Assembly: GCA_951406725.2 (NCBI GenBank)
Contig: OX597818.1
Location: 27,796,001-27,858,000 of the forward strand
DNA length: 62,000 nucleotides
From: Octopus vulgaris
Lineage: Eukaryota
Direction of reading: 5' to 3'
The notes under the pieces were generated by a model that was not told the DNA's origin, searched no databases, and was given only the letters and a program-made list of their open reading frames with translations. The number at the start of each line of letters is the position of its first letter. Within the stretch, counting starts at the first letter, position 1. This document shows, one piece after another, positions 28,881-44,125 of this stretch. Made by a program: the position numbers and the translations under genes.

Positions 28881-30065
28881 ACAGTATGTGTGGAAAGGAT
28901 ATACTGTTGTTATAATATATCATCATCATCATCATCATCATCATTTAGTGTCTGCTTTCCATACTGGCATGGTTAGACAGTTTGACTAAAGCTGGTAAGT
29001 TGGAGGGTAGCACCAGGTTCCAATCTGATTTAGCATGATTTATACAGCTGGATGCCCTTCCTAATACTAAGCAAATGGTTGATTTTTATGTGTCAATGGT
29101 ACGGGTGCAGGTTACATGACACCAGGACCGGTATCGGTTACATGACACCGGTATCAACCATGACTACACTTTCACTTAGCTTGACAGGTTTTCTAAAGCA
29201 TGGCATATTGCCAAAGGTCTTGGTCATTTATCATTGCCTCCATGAGGCCCAATGTTCGAAGAGTGCTTTTTTATATACCAGTTAAATGACACTGGCATTG
29301 GCCATTACTATGATGTCACTTGGCTTGATGGATATATATATATATATATATTTCATTTAGGCATTGTGAGACTAATAACCTGGTGTGGAACTCATACATA
29401 TGTTTCAAGTACTGAGTGGTAATAAAGAAATGAGATAACAAAGGATCCTATGTCATGTCATTTTCTTATATATCATCAGCATCATCATCCTTTAACATCC
29501 ACTTTTCCATGCTGGCATGGATCAGATGAAATTTGTTGAGGTAGATGCCCTTCCTGTTGCTAACCCTTTCCTGTTTTCAAGCAAAGTAATATTTTTCCCA
29601 TATCTAGATGGGCTTTTGATACAAGACCTAAAAGCGGAAAACCTGACTTATATGACAAAGATGATCATTTACAGCCATCATGTGCTATCTTGACAATGGA
29701 CATTCAAACACACACACACACACAAATACTAGCAGAAATACCCAGTGTGGTCCAGGTTAAAGAAAATAAAGAAATTTTAAAATGCTGTCTAGATTATGCA
29801 GGTCTCAACTGCTAGTAGCTGAGATTCTAACTTTTTCTGTAACTCTGCAACCCATGGCAACATGGAACATAGACGTTAAGTGAAATGTGAAAAGAAAGTT
29901 TTCAACTCATATATGTATATAAAGTAAATACACGTTTGTCTAACTTATTTTGTAACCAACACACAGGTACAAATTATAAACAATGAAAGGTCATATGTAG
30001 AGTGCACACATACACACAAATAGACAGAGTATATATCACATTATTGTTTCACTTTTATACACAGA

Positions 30066-30450
30066 CTAGCAGTATCGCCAGGCGTTGCTCAGGTTTGTAA
30101 GGGAAATAACTATAAAGCATTTTTAGAGAGTTATAGCCAAAAAATAGCAAAAAAATGGAAAAAAAATGATGGTAAATTTTTTTTGAGAGTTAAAAAAGGT
30201 CGAGTTGCGTCCCCTAGACAGTCTGTGGTTTGTGTTTCTGATTCTCGACCCCATGTCGAATTTATCGATTTTTTTAAGAACTGGGGGAACTTTTCAAAAT
30301 TTTCGCTGCATTAGTTTTGAATTATGACATTGGGCTATGTGTGTGTCAAGTTTCATCAGAATCGGTTGAAAGCCGTGGTCAGGGTGAGGGTACAACCAAA
30401 CAGACACACAGAAACACACACAGACAAACTGCCGTTTATATATAGAGAGA
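30066..30450 (-). mobile_element. Short non-autonomous Helitron-like element
   Basis: Minus strand reads A|TCTCTCTATATATAAACGGCAG ... cctgagcaacgcctgg hairpin ... CTAG|T, i.e. inserted between A and T with no target duplication. Confidence 0.75.
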
Positions 30451-31240
30451 TATACATTCATGCATGTCAGTCGAAAAGTGAAAGTGTAATAATAATACTT
30501 TAACACTCAATGGTTTTACACTTCTATATATGACATGGACTTTACTATTCATGTAAGTGCTTTTTCATATACTGTGTTTTCTGTCTTGCTATGTTTATCA
30601 CTGAGAATGTAGAGGTTCTTTTCATCTCCAACTCTAGAACACCCAACATACAGCTGACCATGTGAGAAGCAAGGTTGAAGGGGGTTAAGTCCCACCACCT
30701 TTAGAGATTGACCTTGTGCTTAGTTGACAGACATTGCAAAGCTAAGTTTGACAAGAAACCAGTCTCTTGAACTGAAAGGGGAGATCATCTGAGATGATGC
30801 CATGATGGACAAGAGGTTTCTCAGCTGCATAGGAGACTTGCACCTTTGCGCCTCTGTCAGAGTGGCATCCCAGTGTGCATCATCTTCCAGAAGACCTCTG
30901 AGATGGCAAACCTAGCAATATGTTTGACATACTGTGTTATCAACCATACGTAAGGCTGTAAATGATGTTGGTCCCTTGACATGTAATAGAAGCCTTAGAT
31001 AGTAGCACTCTAAGTAGTTAGGATGGACAACACAGACTCTGCCAAGTATGTCTGATTTCTTGATTCCTGGATGATGTGTGGGTACTCCAAGTGCACATCT
31101 TTTCGATTTGTTTTGGTACCAGGTATAGAATTGTGGAACTTCATTGTAGCAAATTTATCATCTTGACAGAGCTTGAATAATGCTGTGAGTGTGTATACAT
31201 ATATATGTATACATACATATACATATATATGTGTGTGTGT

Positions 31241-32995
31241 ATCATCATCATCATTATCATATAACGTCCACTCTCCATGCTGGTATGGGTTAGCTGGTTT
31301 GACTGGAGCTAGTAAGCTGAAGAGCTACACCAAGTTGCATTCTGATTTGGCAGTGTTTCTAATGCTGGATGCCCTTTCTAATGCCAACCAATCCAGGAGT
31401 GTAATGGGTGCTTTTACATGCCACCAGTATGGGTGTTATGCAGTGGTGTCATTTACATAACACTGACAATGACCACAACTATTCATGGTTGCTATTTACA
31501 TGGTGTCAGCAACAACCATGACTATGATTCATGGGTGTGATTTACATGACACTGGTGATGACTATGACAATTCATGGGTGCCCTTTACATGGTACCATCA
31601 ATGCCCATGACTACAATTCATGGGTGCTATTTACATGGCACTGTCAACGACCAAAACTACGATTCACAGGTTTCGTTTGCATGCCACCATCAATGACCAT
31701 AACTACGACTATGATTCATGGGTGCCACTTACTGGTGAGAGTCCAACTCTGATTTCATGTGTGTCATTTACATGGCACTGAAAATAACCATGACTAAAAT
31801 TTCATGGGTGCTATGTACATGACAATACTATGGCCATAACTCTGATTTCACTCGGTCTGACAAGTCTTCTCATGTACAGCATATTGCCTGAGGTCTTGGT
31901 CATTTGTCATTACCTGCATGAGGCCTATGTTTCACCACCTCGTCCCATGTCTTCTGGGTTTACATCTTCTACAGGTTCCCTTTACAGTTGGAAACTTGCA
32001 GTTCTTTACATTGCTGTTCTTGTCCATATGCATCACATGACCAAATCAGAACAGTCACCTGTCTTGCACATTACATCTGATGGCACTTATGCCCAACTTT
32101 TCTCTCCAGATGCTAACACTCTGTCATACATGCATACTGACATTGCACATCAAGTGAAGCATACTAGCTTCATTTCTTTCAAGCCTATGCGTGTTCTCTG
32201 TGGTCACAGCCCTTATTTCACCGCAATGTAGCATAGCTGTTTGCACACAGGTATCATATAGTCTGCCTTTCATTCTGAGAGGGAGGCCCTTTGTGGCCAG
32301 CAGAGTTAAGAGCTCTCTGAACTTGGCTCAGCTGATTCTTATTCTCACAGCTACACTCTTGAAGCATCCACCTTTGTTACTAACTTAGTCATCTAGATAA
32401 TAGGAGCTATCAACTACCTCTAGCTTACTCCACTGGTAGTTGATGGAGTCTAATTTCTGTACATTTTTAGTATTTATTCTACCTGTGCATCTTCCACACA
32501 CAAAAGCTATTTTTCCCTATTAACCTTCCTCTGATATTGCTGCACCTCTCATGTGCTATGAGCTTACACTGGATAAATCTTATGAAGTTTCTACCTATAC
32601 CTTTTCTACAGATTGAGCATGGTCATCTAACTGAAAGGATTTGTCTTTTGTCCTCTATCCTACTTACTAAGACTTCAGTTTTTGCTAGATTAACTCTAAG
32701 ACCCTTTGAACCTAGAACTTGCTTCCACACCTGAAATTTCTCTAGTTCTGGAAGTGATTTGGCTATGAGAATAAGGTCATCAACAAAGAGGAGCTCCCAC
32801 GGGGAAGCCCATCTTAAATTCTTTTGCTATTGCCTGGAAGAGTATGATAAACAGGAGGGGGCTGAGGACTGATCCTTGAACTCCTACTTCTACTTCAAAT
32901 TCATTGCTATACTCATTACCAACCCTCACCTTACTGACAGCATCTCTGCACATGGTTTGTATAGCTCTCACCAACCACTCATCTATCCCTTGTTT
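31241..32995 (-). mobile_element. Decayed 5'-truncated RTE LINE with tandemly repeated 3' UTR
   Basis: (CAT)n tail, shared 3' UTR, and GIDEWLVRAIQTM...GSVLSPLLF on the minus strand. Confidence 0.8.
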
Positions 32996-33320
32996 CTGCA
33001 GTGACCACCAGAAAAGGGATCTCACAGAACCTACCACACACACACACACACACACACATTAAACATCCTCACACTATTCTGTCCCCAAAACCACTTTCTG
33101 TATCTCTTTCTACTTCTAGTCACTTAAGCAATGTAACTCTATCTGTGCCGTTGGTGATTTCTTTTCCTTCTTTGGACTTTTCCCTTTCTCCTTTCTGACT
33201 AAGAGCCACGTTTAAAATGGCAAACTGTCTCCTTTCCCCTAGCATCAAGCTAATACATTTCTTATGCATGTCCTCATGTTGTTTGTTTTTATTCTTTTCT
33301 TTGAATCTTTTGTTTATTCG

Positions 33321-33381
<61 letters not shown>

Positions 33382-33502
33382 TACGTACATAAATACCCAA
33401 ACACACACAACATATATGTAATGCTTAAAACAGTAAATTTTAGATATCATGCACTATATACTGAAATAATGAATTTTTCCCGTTTCATTTCTTCTCTTTA
33501 AG

Positions 33503-33544
33503 GTGTTGTAGATTATTATGAGACTATTCCAGACAAACGTTACA
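33503..33544 (+). CDS. 42-nt tail exon: GVVDYYETIPDKRY
   Basis: Acceptor cttctctttaag, donor gtaagt. Phase 1-1, open. Carries a YETI tyrosine motif. Confidence 0.78.
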
Positions 33545-34459
33545 GTAAGTATAATTAACAGCAAATTACAAATAGTTTTATATTTAATATTGGTTTTAAT
33601 TTTTGGCACAAAGTCAGCAATTCTAGGAGAGGAGAAAATCAATTTCATTGACCCAATTGCTCAACTTGTATCTATTTTATTGACCTTGAAAGGATAAAAG
33701 GCAAAGCTGACCTTGGCAGAATTTGATCTGAGAATGTGAAGATGGGCAAAATGCTGCTAAATATTTTGTCCAGCATGCTAGATCTTCTGGAGATCACCTC
33801 AGTTTTATATTTAATATATTACTTTATACATATGTATATATGTATGTATTAATACATACATATATATGTGTGTATGTATGTATGTATGTATGTATGTATG
33901 TATGTATGTATGTATGTATGTATGTATGTATGTATGTATGTATGTATGTGTGTGTGTGTATGCATGTGCATGTATGTGTATGTATATATTATATATAAAG
34001 GGCTCTCCTGTCATTAGATGACATATGAGGATTCTGCAATTTCTTACTGAACAATCACACTAATGATTTGTTTATAGTGATAAAATGGTGGTGTTTGCAT
34101 AAGCTCACGCTTTCCATCAAATCAACATCATCTGCATAGATGCTTGACATGCCACATGTCAACAAAATGATCACAGAGCAATGTGAAATGAAGTGTTTGC
34201 TCAGGAACATAATGCAACACCTCGTCTGGGAATCGAAATCATGATCTCACAATTGTGAGTGCAGCACCCTAACCACTAAGCCATGCACCTTCACAATATA
34301 TATATCTAGAACCACACCAATAGCTTAGGAACGAAATTTAGGATTTCTTGGTTTTCAGTGAATTGATTTTGATAAAACTTTCCTCAGCTGGTTTGCACAC
34401 TATGGCTACACCATTGTTATGTTTTCAGTATTCTGTGAAACGTCCTTTCTTTTTTATTT

Positions 34460-35400
34460 TAGGTTCTTCAGTTGTTGGGTGTATCACACTAATAGCATCT
34501 CTCCTCTCTAAGAACAATGGGATGTGGAAAAGGCCTTAATAATGAAGAAAAGTCTGTCATCATCAAGGAAAGTGCTAAAGACATCTCTCTTGATGTAATT
34601 GCAGAGAAGGTTAAGTCATCATGTGGATACAGCTAGGCGATTCCTGAAGGACCCATCACCAAGGAAGAAATGATTCAGTTGTGGGACCTCCAGGACTATG
34701 ACAGCTAGGGATTTAAGGAATATTAGCTGCAGGTTACATGAGAAACCTGGACAAACAAGCAAAGCCATTTTCACCACCTCTGGACTTCCTTATGTACCAA
34801 AAACCACCAGAAATCACATCCTTGGGACTATGATTTCCATGCAAGAACCCCTGAAACTGCCTCCTTTAGCGTCCTGTCACAGGAATTTGAAGCTTCAATG
34901 GGCCCAAGAGTACATGATGTTAGAAGGAGTTGTGTTCTGTTCACTGATGAAACCAGGACAACCCTTGAATGACCTGATGGTTGGTCAAATGGTTGGGTCT
35001 ATTTTGGAGATTAGCATCACCAACGTTTACAAAGTCCACAACATGGTGGAGGAGTCATGTTGTGGGCTGGTCTCATTTGGACAGACTTGTTGGCCCAGTC
35101 AGGGTGCCTGGAGAGCTTAAAGTGACTGTAGCTGCCTACTGCAATCTTTAAAAGGAGGTCTTAGATTCATGGGTAGATGACATACCACTTTCACTTCTAA
35201 GGAATCTCATATTCACGCATGACAACACTTCCTCCCACTCTGCTGGGACCATCCAAATATTACTAGGGTTTTACAGCATACACGGCGAAAGGCTGATGGG
35301 CTGCCAGCATCTCTGGGTCTCAACCCTATGGAAAATCTTTAGTCCATCATTAAACAAGATGTTTATGCTGATGAACACCAATTTACATAAAAAAAGTCTT
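34460..35400 (+). mobile_element. Decayed Tc1-like transposase
   Basis: TARDLRNISCRL...KLQWAQEYM, VLFTDET, HDNTSSHSA, LNPMENL*SIIKQ. Terminal repeats not resolved. Confidence 0.75.
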
Positions 35401-37322
35401 TCCTGAACATATTGGAGTAACCATTTAATTATTTTGATAAAATCAAGGCACCCTCTCTATATGGGCCAGAGGAGAATTACTTGTGTGTCTAGAATCAAGA
35501 GGTCTATAAACTCACATATGTCATCAGTGTCAAAGGCTCTTGCCACCAATGAAGGAGCCTTCTGGGTCAGTTTGCTTGACATTAACTCAACTTTTATTGT
35601 AAAACAGAATTTCCTGACATGCATGATAATGTCTATGTCTCTATCATCGTTTTAGCATTTAGCAAATGTGAGTGCCTTATATAACAAGTCCCTTGACATA
35701 GTTGAATAAAAATCACTGTCATCATCCCATCATCATCACCATCATTTAATATCCATCTCTCATGCTAGCATGGGTTGGATAGTTCAACTGGATCCAATGA
35801 GCTGGAAGACTGCACCGAGTCCTAATGTCTGCCTTGCATGTTTTTTATAGTTGTCTGCACTTCCAAATAACAACCTTTTTACAGGGTGTGTTGGGTACTT
35901 TTTCATGGCACTGGCATTAGTGAGGTTGCCTAGTAACTTTCAAGACAAAGAATCCCCCCACCACCACCACCACCACCTCAACTGAATGGAGATATAGTAC
36001 AGAAGGATGTGGGTTTATTCCATGTATTGAAAGACTAAAGTATGATAGAGAGACAGGCATAGGAGTTTTGTTGTGGAGATACAAGGTTATGCTGCAATAT
36101 ACATTGGTGGGTGAGAGTAGCTAAAACAAGTGATAAAGATGGCAGTGATGTGTTGTTAAAATGTTTTCTTAAAGTAAAAGAAGGTAAATATAAGAGGAAA
36201 CATGGACAGACAATTGGAAAGGGTGGAGAGCAGCAGTATAATAAATCTGTAGATAGATGAAAAATAGGGAAATGATGTGTGGAGAGGGGAGAAGGTGAGA
36301 GAGATGTACATTGACAAAGATAGAGGTCATAAGAATGTAAAGGTAGATATAGTGAGTGGCTAACATGGAAGTGGGTGTCAACAGCAGGTGTGAGAGGGTG
36401 TTGAGAATGATAGAAGATATGAGACATTATTAAAGATGAGATATGGCAGTCATAAGATGTTGCTCAGCAGAAAGTGAGAGATAACTGGAGGCAAAGAAAA
36501 GAGTGATCAGTGGAAAATAATGTAGGAAAGGATGATATTGAGAATTAGGGGCAGATTTTAAAAGGAATTGGTTCCAGTGAAAAGGATAATTGGTACCACA
36601 AAAAGGAAAGGAAATATGTACAATTCTGCTCACATATGCTGAATAGTGCTGAATTTGTTGAATAGTGCTATAGTTAGAAGAGTGATGGAGGAATGTTAGG
36701 CAGTTAAAGACAAAGGAAGGCTGAACATGGACAGATTGGGTACAGGGGCAGGGGCCAGTGAGTTTATAGGCATAATCATAATGCTTTTAGGATTTCGCTT
36801 TCACTGTGACAGCACTTCTGAAGCACAATAAATCCTCGATTATCCCAGTGCTTTTTGATTTCTTCTGTAATGATCAGTATCCTGACAACAGCCATGTCAG
36901 GATATTGTGTGACATTAAGTGATTGGCACTTCTTAGAGTAGCCATACTCATCCATACATTTCACATAACCATACCAAATAATCTCATCTCTTGCACATTA
37001 CATCTGATTCCTTTTATGCCCAATTTTTCTCTTCTCACATTTACACTTTGTTGTACATACACACTCACATTGTACATCCCATAAGTGTACTAGTTTCATT
37101 CCTTTCTAGTCTTTACATATTCTCTACATTCAACCCCTGTCTCACTAACATGTCTGTCTAGCTATCTCTCTATATATACGTAAACACACACAGTGAAGGC
37201 ACATGACTCAGTGGTTTTGGTGCTGGACTTACAATTATGAGGTTGTGTTCTTGAGCAAGGTGCTTTATTTCACATTGCTCTAGCTCACTCAGCAGTAAAA
37301 ATGAGTTGCAATGTCACTGGTG

Positions 37323-39050
37323 GAATTTTGGAACAACACATCAATGGTCAGTGGTGACCACTTGACTTCTTCAGTAGACAGCTATGGCCTTCTGAACAAA
37401 AATACAATGCTTTTGACAGGGAACTGCTGGTTGTCCATCTAGCTGTCCGCTACTTTCACTATTTTCTTGAAGGCCGCACATTTACAGTGTTCACAGACTA
37501 CAAACCACTCACCTTTGCTATGAGCAAGCTCTCAGCACCTTTGTCTGCACACTAGTAACAACAGCTGTTGGCCATTTCTGAGTACACCACAGGCATCCAA
37601 CGCATAACTAGAAAAGCAACTCAGTTGCAAATGCACTCTCTCATGACCCTACCTGCTCTCACAACTACCAAGCCCCAATAAGGAAGGCCTGCATTATGAG
37701 GCTATGGCTGCAGTCCAACAGACAGATGACGAGAAAAGGCCCTACCACATTGCCATCATGTTCCTTTCCTTGCAGGATGTACACTTTGTTACAACTCTAC
37801 TGTGTGGTGTATCCACTGGGAAACCATGACCAATCATCCCATTAGGCTGGTGCAGGAAAGTTTTCAACATCATTCATAGACTGTCCTACTCAGATACTAG
37901 AGCTACATGGTACAAATTTATCTGGCACGGTATGGCCAAGCAAATTTGGGAGTGGAGCAAGAACTGCATCCCCTGTCAACAAGCCTGGGTCAATCAATAC
38001 ACCAATTATATATGTAATTCAGAAATAAAATACTATTTGCTAATGACATTAATTATACTTACTCTTTGGCTTGGATAAATTAGTAGCATCTGCACTTACT
38101 GCATCTTCGGCAACTATAAACCACCACAGGCTCATTTCAGCCACATCAACATTGACCTTGTTGGCCTCCTACCACCTTCACAAGATTGCTCGTACCCACT
38201 GACTTTGGTAGACTGCTATACTCATTGGCCTGAGGCTATCTCTCTCCAAAGTACAGAAACATAAGAAGCCAGCTGATCCTCCATCAAAAACTGGGTTGCT
38301 CATTTTGGTGTCCCAGACAACATCTCATCTGTTGGGGTCCACAGTTCACCTAAAAGCTGTGGAATGACCTTTTTGGAATCACAATGAAGTGCACAATAGC
38401 CTACCATCATCCATAGGCCAATGGGTTAGTGGAGAGATTTCACTGCGGCTTGAAGGAATTCCTGACAACCAGACTTAACTGGCCCAACTGAATTGATCCA
38501 CTTCTATTAGTGATGCTGGGAATCCCCACCACCCAAAAGGAACATCTTAACACTTCTTCTGCTGAAATGGTGTATGGTGCCTCTTTTACAATGCTAGGAG
38601 AGTTCATTCCAAACATGAAGTCAGACCCAGATTTCAAAAGGTACCTTGCGCAACTGAAAGACAAGTGTGGTCTAGTTGTACCTTATTCCCATGTCAACAT
38701 ACACCTAGATCATCTGTACTAAATGACTTCTGCTTGGCTAACCTTGTTTTTGTTCTATGTGACACACGATGAAAATCCCTCCAGTCACCCTACAATGATC
38801 CATATGAAGTCAAATGTCCAGAAGACAAATTATTCCAACTCCTAATTGGCAGACGACATGACATTGTTTCTATAGTTAGGATGAAACTGGTGTATCTTGA
38901 TATTGACAACACTTTCCAAATAAGCTCAACCACTAAACAGGGGCCACTCCAGGCAAATCACACCAACCCTTGGCAAGGAACAAACACCAAAGAGCCAAGT
39001 CACCACACGCATGGGCAGGGTAGTTAAAACACATTCCCAGTTCCAATGAC
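37323..39050 (+). mobile_element. Decayed Gypsy LTR retrotransposon pol (RNase H and integrase)
   Basis: KYNAFDRELL...FLEGRTFTVFTDYKPL, HINIDLVGLLP, ANGLVERFH, SSAEMVYG. Many stops and frameshifts. Confidence 0.85.
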
Positions 39051-39330
39051 AGTCAACAGTAGGGCATTGCCCAAGGATTTATGACATATGAACTGTATAC
39101 AGTTACTTTGCTGCAGACTAGCTAGGGAGTTGACAGGTGGCTGTTGCCCTCATGTGTTCAACTAAATAAATCTTTCACTAACACATTCTGGGTCTCTGTT
39201 AATTTTTTGTGTATAGCTTAACTAAAAGCATATCATAAATATTTTTCTATATGTCCTAGAAATAATTCATTTCAGATACAATGCAGTGCTCATACAAGCA
39301 ATAAATGATTTTTCATTTTCTTTTTTAAAG

Positions 39331-39372
39331 ATGCAGTAAGTGCAGATGCTACTAATTTATCCAAGCTAAAGA
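39331..39372 (+). CDS. 42-nt tail exon: NAVSADATNLSKLK
   Basis: Acceptor ttttcttttttaaag, donor gtaagt. Phase 1-1, open. Confidence 0.68.
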
Positions 39373-39440
39373 GTAAGTATAATTAATGTCATTAGCAAAT
39401 AGTATTTTATTTCTGAATTACATATATAATTAATATATAT

Positions 39441-41400
39441 ATCATCATCATCATCATTGTTTAACGTTCGTTTTCCATGCTGGCATGAGTTGGACAGTTT
39501 GACTGAGGTCTGGAGAGCCAGTGGCTGCACCAGGCTCCAATCTGCTGTGGCAATGTTTCTACATTTGGATGCCCTTCCTAATGCCAACCACTCTGAGAGT
39601 GTAGTGGGTGCTTTTTACATGCCCCCGGCACAGGAGCCAGTCAGGCAGGCCTGGCATTGACCATGTTCAGATAGTGCTTTTTACGTGCCATCAGTGCAAG
39701 AGCCAAGTGGGGGTTACTAGCATCGGCCATGTTCGGATGGTGCTTTTTACATACCACTGGCATGGGAGCCAGTTAGGGGGCACTGGCCACAGCTACAATA
39801 TTGGTTTTACTTGATTTGACTGGTTTTCTCAAGCATATCATATTGCCCAACACATCAGGGGTATTCTTAACAGAGCTGGACATGCATGGCTGCAATCTCT
39901 CTTTAGTTGCCAGGTCTTCTCAAACACAGCATATCTCCAAAGGTCTCAGTCTCCTGTCATTGCCTCTGTGTGGCCCAATGTTTGAAGGTCATGCTTCACC
40001 ACCTCATCCCATGGCTTCTTGGGTCTACCTCTTCCATAGGTTCCTTCCACAGTTAGGGAGTGGCACTTCCTCACACAGCTGTCCTCATTCATATGTAACG
40101 CATGGCCATACCAGTGTAGATGCCTCTCTTGCACACCACATGTGATGCTTCTTATGCCCAACTTTTCTATCAGGGTGCTTACATTCTGTCGTGTATACAC
40201 ACTGACATTACACATCCAGTGGATCATACAAGCCTACGCATGGCCTCAGTATTGATGGCCCATGTTTCACTGCCATGTAGCATGGCAGTTCAGACACACA
40301 TGCACCATCCAATCTATCTTTCATCCTGAGTAAGAGGCCCTTAGTTGCCGGCAGAGTTAGGAGCTTCCTGAACTTTGCCCAGACTATTCTTACTCACTAT
40401 ACTCTCAGAGCAAACATCCCCACTACAGACTTGGTTGCCAAGGTAGCAGAAGCTATCAACTACTTCTAGTTTCTCCCCATGGCATGTAATGGAATCTGTT
40501 TTCTCTATATCTTCAGTGTTTATTGCCCCTATGCATCTGCCACATGCAAAGACTATTTTCCTGGTTAACCTACCTTTGATATTGCTACACCTCTTATGTG
40601 TCTATAGCTTACAGTGGGTACATCATATGGAGTTTCTACCCACACCTTTTCTACAGATCGAGCAGGGCCATCTACCTGAAGGGGATAACAATTTGACAGC
40701 CATCCTACTTACTAAGACTTTGGTTTTTGCTAGGTTAACCCTAAGGCCCTTCGATTCTAGACGTTGCTTCCACACCTGAAACCTCTCCTCTAGTTCTGAT
40801 AGTGACTCAGCACAGAGGAGCTCCCAGGAGCATCCTGTCTTGAATTCCTCTGTTATTACCTGGAGGACTACATCTACTTGGAATTCTTCACTATACTCAT
40901 TGCCAACCCTCACCTTACCGACAGCATCCCTGTACAGGACTTGTACAGCTCTTACCAGCAACTCATCTATCCCCAGTTTCCTCATTGACCACCAGATAAG
41001 GGATTGGGGGACCCTGTCAAAGGCTTTCTACAAGTCAACAAAAGCCAAGTACAGAGGTTTATCTTTGATTAGATATTTCTCCTGCAGGTGCCTTATCAGC
41101 AATATAGCATCAGTGGTGCTTCTGCCTGGCACAAAACCAAACTGCATCTAATCTAGGCTAACTCTCTGTCTAATTAGTCTGGCTATGACCCTCTCTGTAA
41201 CTTTCATCACCTGATCCAATAATTTGATACCCCTGTAGTTATTTCTACCTAAAGCATCACCTTTCCCCTTGTAGCAGTTGACTATGGTGCTGTTACATCT
41301 GTCATTGGATACGACTCCTTCATGAACTACCTGATTTACGATGCAGGTGATAAGATCATAACCCACACCACCCAATATTTTAAGCATCCCAGCTGTGACT
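39441..41400 (-). mobile_element. Decayed 5'-truncated RTE LINE
   Basis: (CAT)n tail and 3' UTR, then MLKILGGVGYDLIT...NYRGIKLLDQVMK on the minus strand. Confidence 0.85.
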
Positions 41401-43377
41401 TGCAAGACTACAACAAACAGATGGAGGTTGAGAACTGAAACCTTATAAATCCCTACCTACACACTGAACTCATTGCTGACTTTCATCTTGCTAGCTGAAA
41501 CTCTTTACATGGCTTGTACAGTCCTCACAAACCATTTACCTATGTCTCATCTCCATGCAGCATTGCAGTTCGAACACAAGTGTCATACAACCTGGTTAAC
41601 AACATCTGGTTATCTGGCTGCTAATCCATGCTTCAAATACATATTCATGTAACACATGCTATCATGGGGAAATAAATGCAAGTGAACAATGGAATGTGTG
41701 TGTATGTGTGTCTGTATGTGTTTATATATGTATATATTTGTGTATGTTCATGTGTGTATACACACACACACACACACATTTACACGTAGTTAAGGTTATG
41801 AAAGCTTTCCCTACCTTCGTAACCTTAATTGATTTACCCAAGACATCTGTTCACTAGAACAACTGGTCCTTTCATTGGGTCGATACTGAAAAGACTCTCA
41901 TTCTCATGGAATCTTCATATCTAATAGCTTTCCATTGTAGCACTTGTGTCCCTCTAACTTTTAAGGATCAGTAATTCCAAGTGTGCCATTATCCACCAGT
42001 ACATAACTCTCTCCTGATATAAATTTGCACATTGATTAGTCAGTTGATTGTTAACATTGATGGTGTTGAAAATAGTTTTAATAGAATTTATTAGTAATTT
42101 GTCATTTGAGAAGAATTCAAAATGGGAAAAATGGTGAAACATGACATGATTTGGGTAATTCAGTTTCAGTAATATTAATGGGACCTGTAAATATTTCACA
42201 AAATTGATAGTAACCCTATTGGGTTATTTCTGGAAACTTTATCCAAAAAACCTGAAAGCATAACCTGTGTTATGTCTGTATGGAAAGATAGTCACACATC
42301 CTAAAATTCATTGAAAAATGAAAGAAATTGGAATACAATGATTACTTAATGCACTATATATACAGTTTATACACTTGATGCACAATTTTATAGACTTAAT
42401 ACACAGCACTCCTAAAATAAATATTCACTCTTATTTTTCCATTTTCCCCGTAAACAAACAAGAAAAATATCTTGTACCTAAGATACAGTCTTTAGTAAAA
42501 TTGCATATGTCTGCCATGTAAATAAGCGTTAATATTTCACTGAATTGCACTTACGTGCATGCGTTAAGTGACAGGTAATATAAAAATTTGGTTCAATCTT
42601 TAAAAAAATACCCTTTTTACTATCCAGTCACCACCACCACTGTCATCTCCTCTCTCTCTCTCTCTCACTCCTCTACCCCCCCCCCCCCACTGCCTTTCTT
42701 TAACCTCCATATTCGAACATTACCTCTCTACTAAAATTATAATTTTAACTCTCCTCCTCTAGCTTCAACTAAATTTTAACCACATAATATATATTACGAT
42801 CTCCCTATCACATGTCATGGACGCTTCTCTCTCCTTCTTTTTCTTTTCCCTCTTCCTGTCTCACTCTGTGCCTTATCCTCTTTTTCTCTCTCCTTTTTCT
42901 TTCTCTTCTCTTTTGCTTCAACAAATCATGTGAAAACATTACAATTACATTCCCTCTACCTCATAACATGGATGCTTCTCTCTCCACCCCCTTTTTCTCT
43001 CTCCCTCTTTTTTTCTCCTTCTTTTTCTCTAATCACATGAGAGCATTACCAATGGGCTAAGTAATGCAATGACAAGTAGAACTATTATAATATTGATTAG
43101 GCAATAAATATCTTGTACATTGAAATTTCTCATTAGAGAATAAGAACTTTTCTTATCTGAGAATCAGAAATTAAAACTGGTGCCTGATATGTGTTTATAT
43201 AGATATGAATATATATGTGTGTGCATGTGTGTGTGCTTGTGTGTGTGTGCATGTGTGCGCATGTGTGTGTGTGTGCTTGAGTCTATCATGTGTGTTCAGG
43301 TAGTCTCAGCACAGCCCAATATATTGTAAATATCATTTATAGCCATGTATCATATTCATTATTTTCTTTTCTTAAAG

Positions 43378-43407
43378 ACATGGATGATGCTTATGTTAAT
43401 GTTCTAA
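43378..43407 (+). CDS. 30-nt B-like tail exon (B0): NMDDAYVNVL
   Basis: Acceptor ttttcttaaag, donor gtaagc. Phase 1-1. Homologous to the B exons, including the upstream atttatagccatg. Confidence 0.78.
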   Translation, partial: TWMMLMLMF

Positions 43408-43664
43408 GTAAGCATATAAACAATACTTTACTAAAATTACACTCTTTAATGCACAAGTTCATCCTTTTATTTTATTTTAAGTTCAGTCAGAACCATTAGT
43501 GTTAATACTTCTTTGTTTTAGATTCATTTTCGAGTCCTGTTGCTGGAATCAGTCCTGGGGAAATTAGCAAAAGTTTTAGCAGATTCTTTGTGTAAAATAT
43601 ACGGTTTAATAACATGTGTATGCATGTGCAAAAATATAACTTTGGATATGTTAAAATTCTACTC

Positions 43665-43990
43665 ATAAGTGTGGCATGGCTGTATGGTAAGAAGCTTGCT
43701 TCCCTACAACTGCATGGCACCTTGGGCAAGATTCTTCTACTGTAGTCTCAGGCTGACCAAAGCCTTGTAAGTGGATGTGTAAGATGCAAACTAAAAGAAA
43801 CCCATTGTGTGTGCATCTATGTGTATGTGTGTTTGTGTGTGTGTGTGTGTTTCTCACCTCATCACTGCTTGACAACAGGTGTTGGTGTGTTTACATACTC
43901 ATAGTGGAGCAATTCAATAAAAGATGCTGATATATAAAGTACTAGGCTTAAAAAACATATAAAGTAAGTACTGGAGTTGACTTGTTACTT
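43665..43990 (+). mobile_element. Decayed tRNA-derived SINE upstream of exon A1
   Basis: Shares ggcatggctgtatggtaagaagcttgct, ccttgggcaag and aagtactaggctt with the 16203-16601 SINE. Confidence 0.7.
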
Positions 43991-44065
43991 TCTGTGCAAT
44001 ATCAATATATTTAAGAACCATCTCCCCAAACAATAAAGATGCCCACTTTTATTTCATTTTTAAAG

Positions 44066-44125
44066 CTGAGAGAGAACAAGATGCTGAAGATAGTGAGCCC
44101 AGATATTTATCTGTGAAACACCCAG
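44066..44125 (+). CDS. Tail exon A1: TEREQDAEDSEPRYLSVKHP
   Basis: ttttaaag acceptor, CAG|gtaagt donor. 60 nt, phase 1-1. Confidence 0.85.
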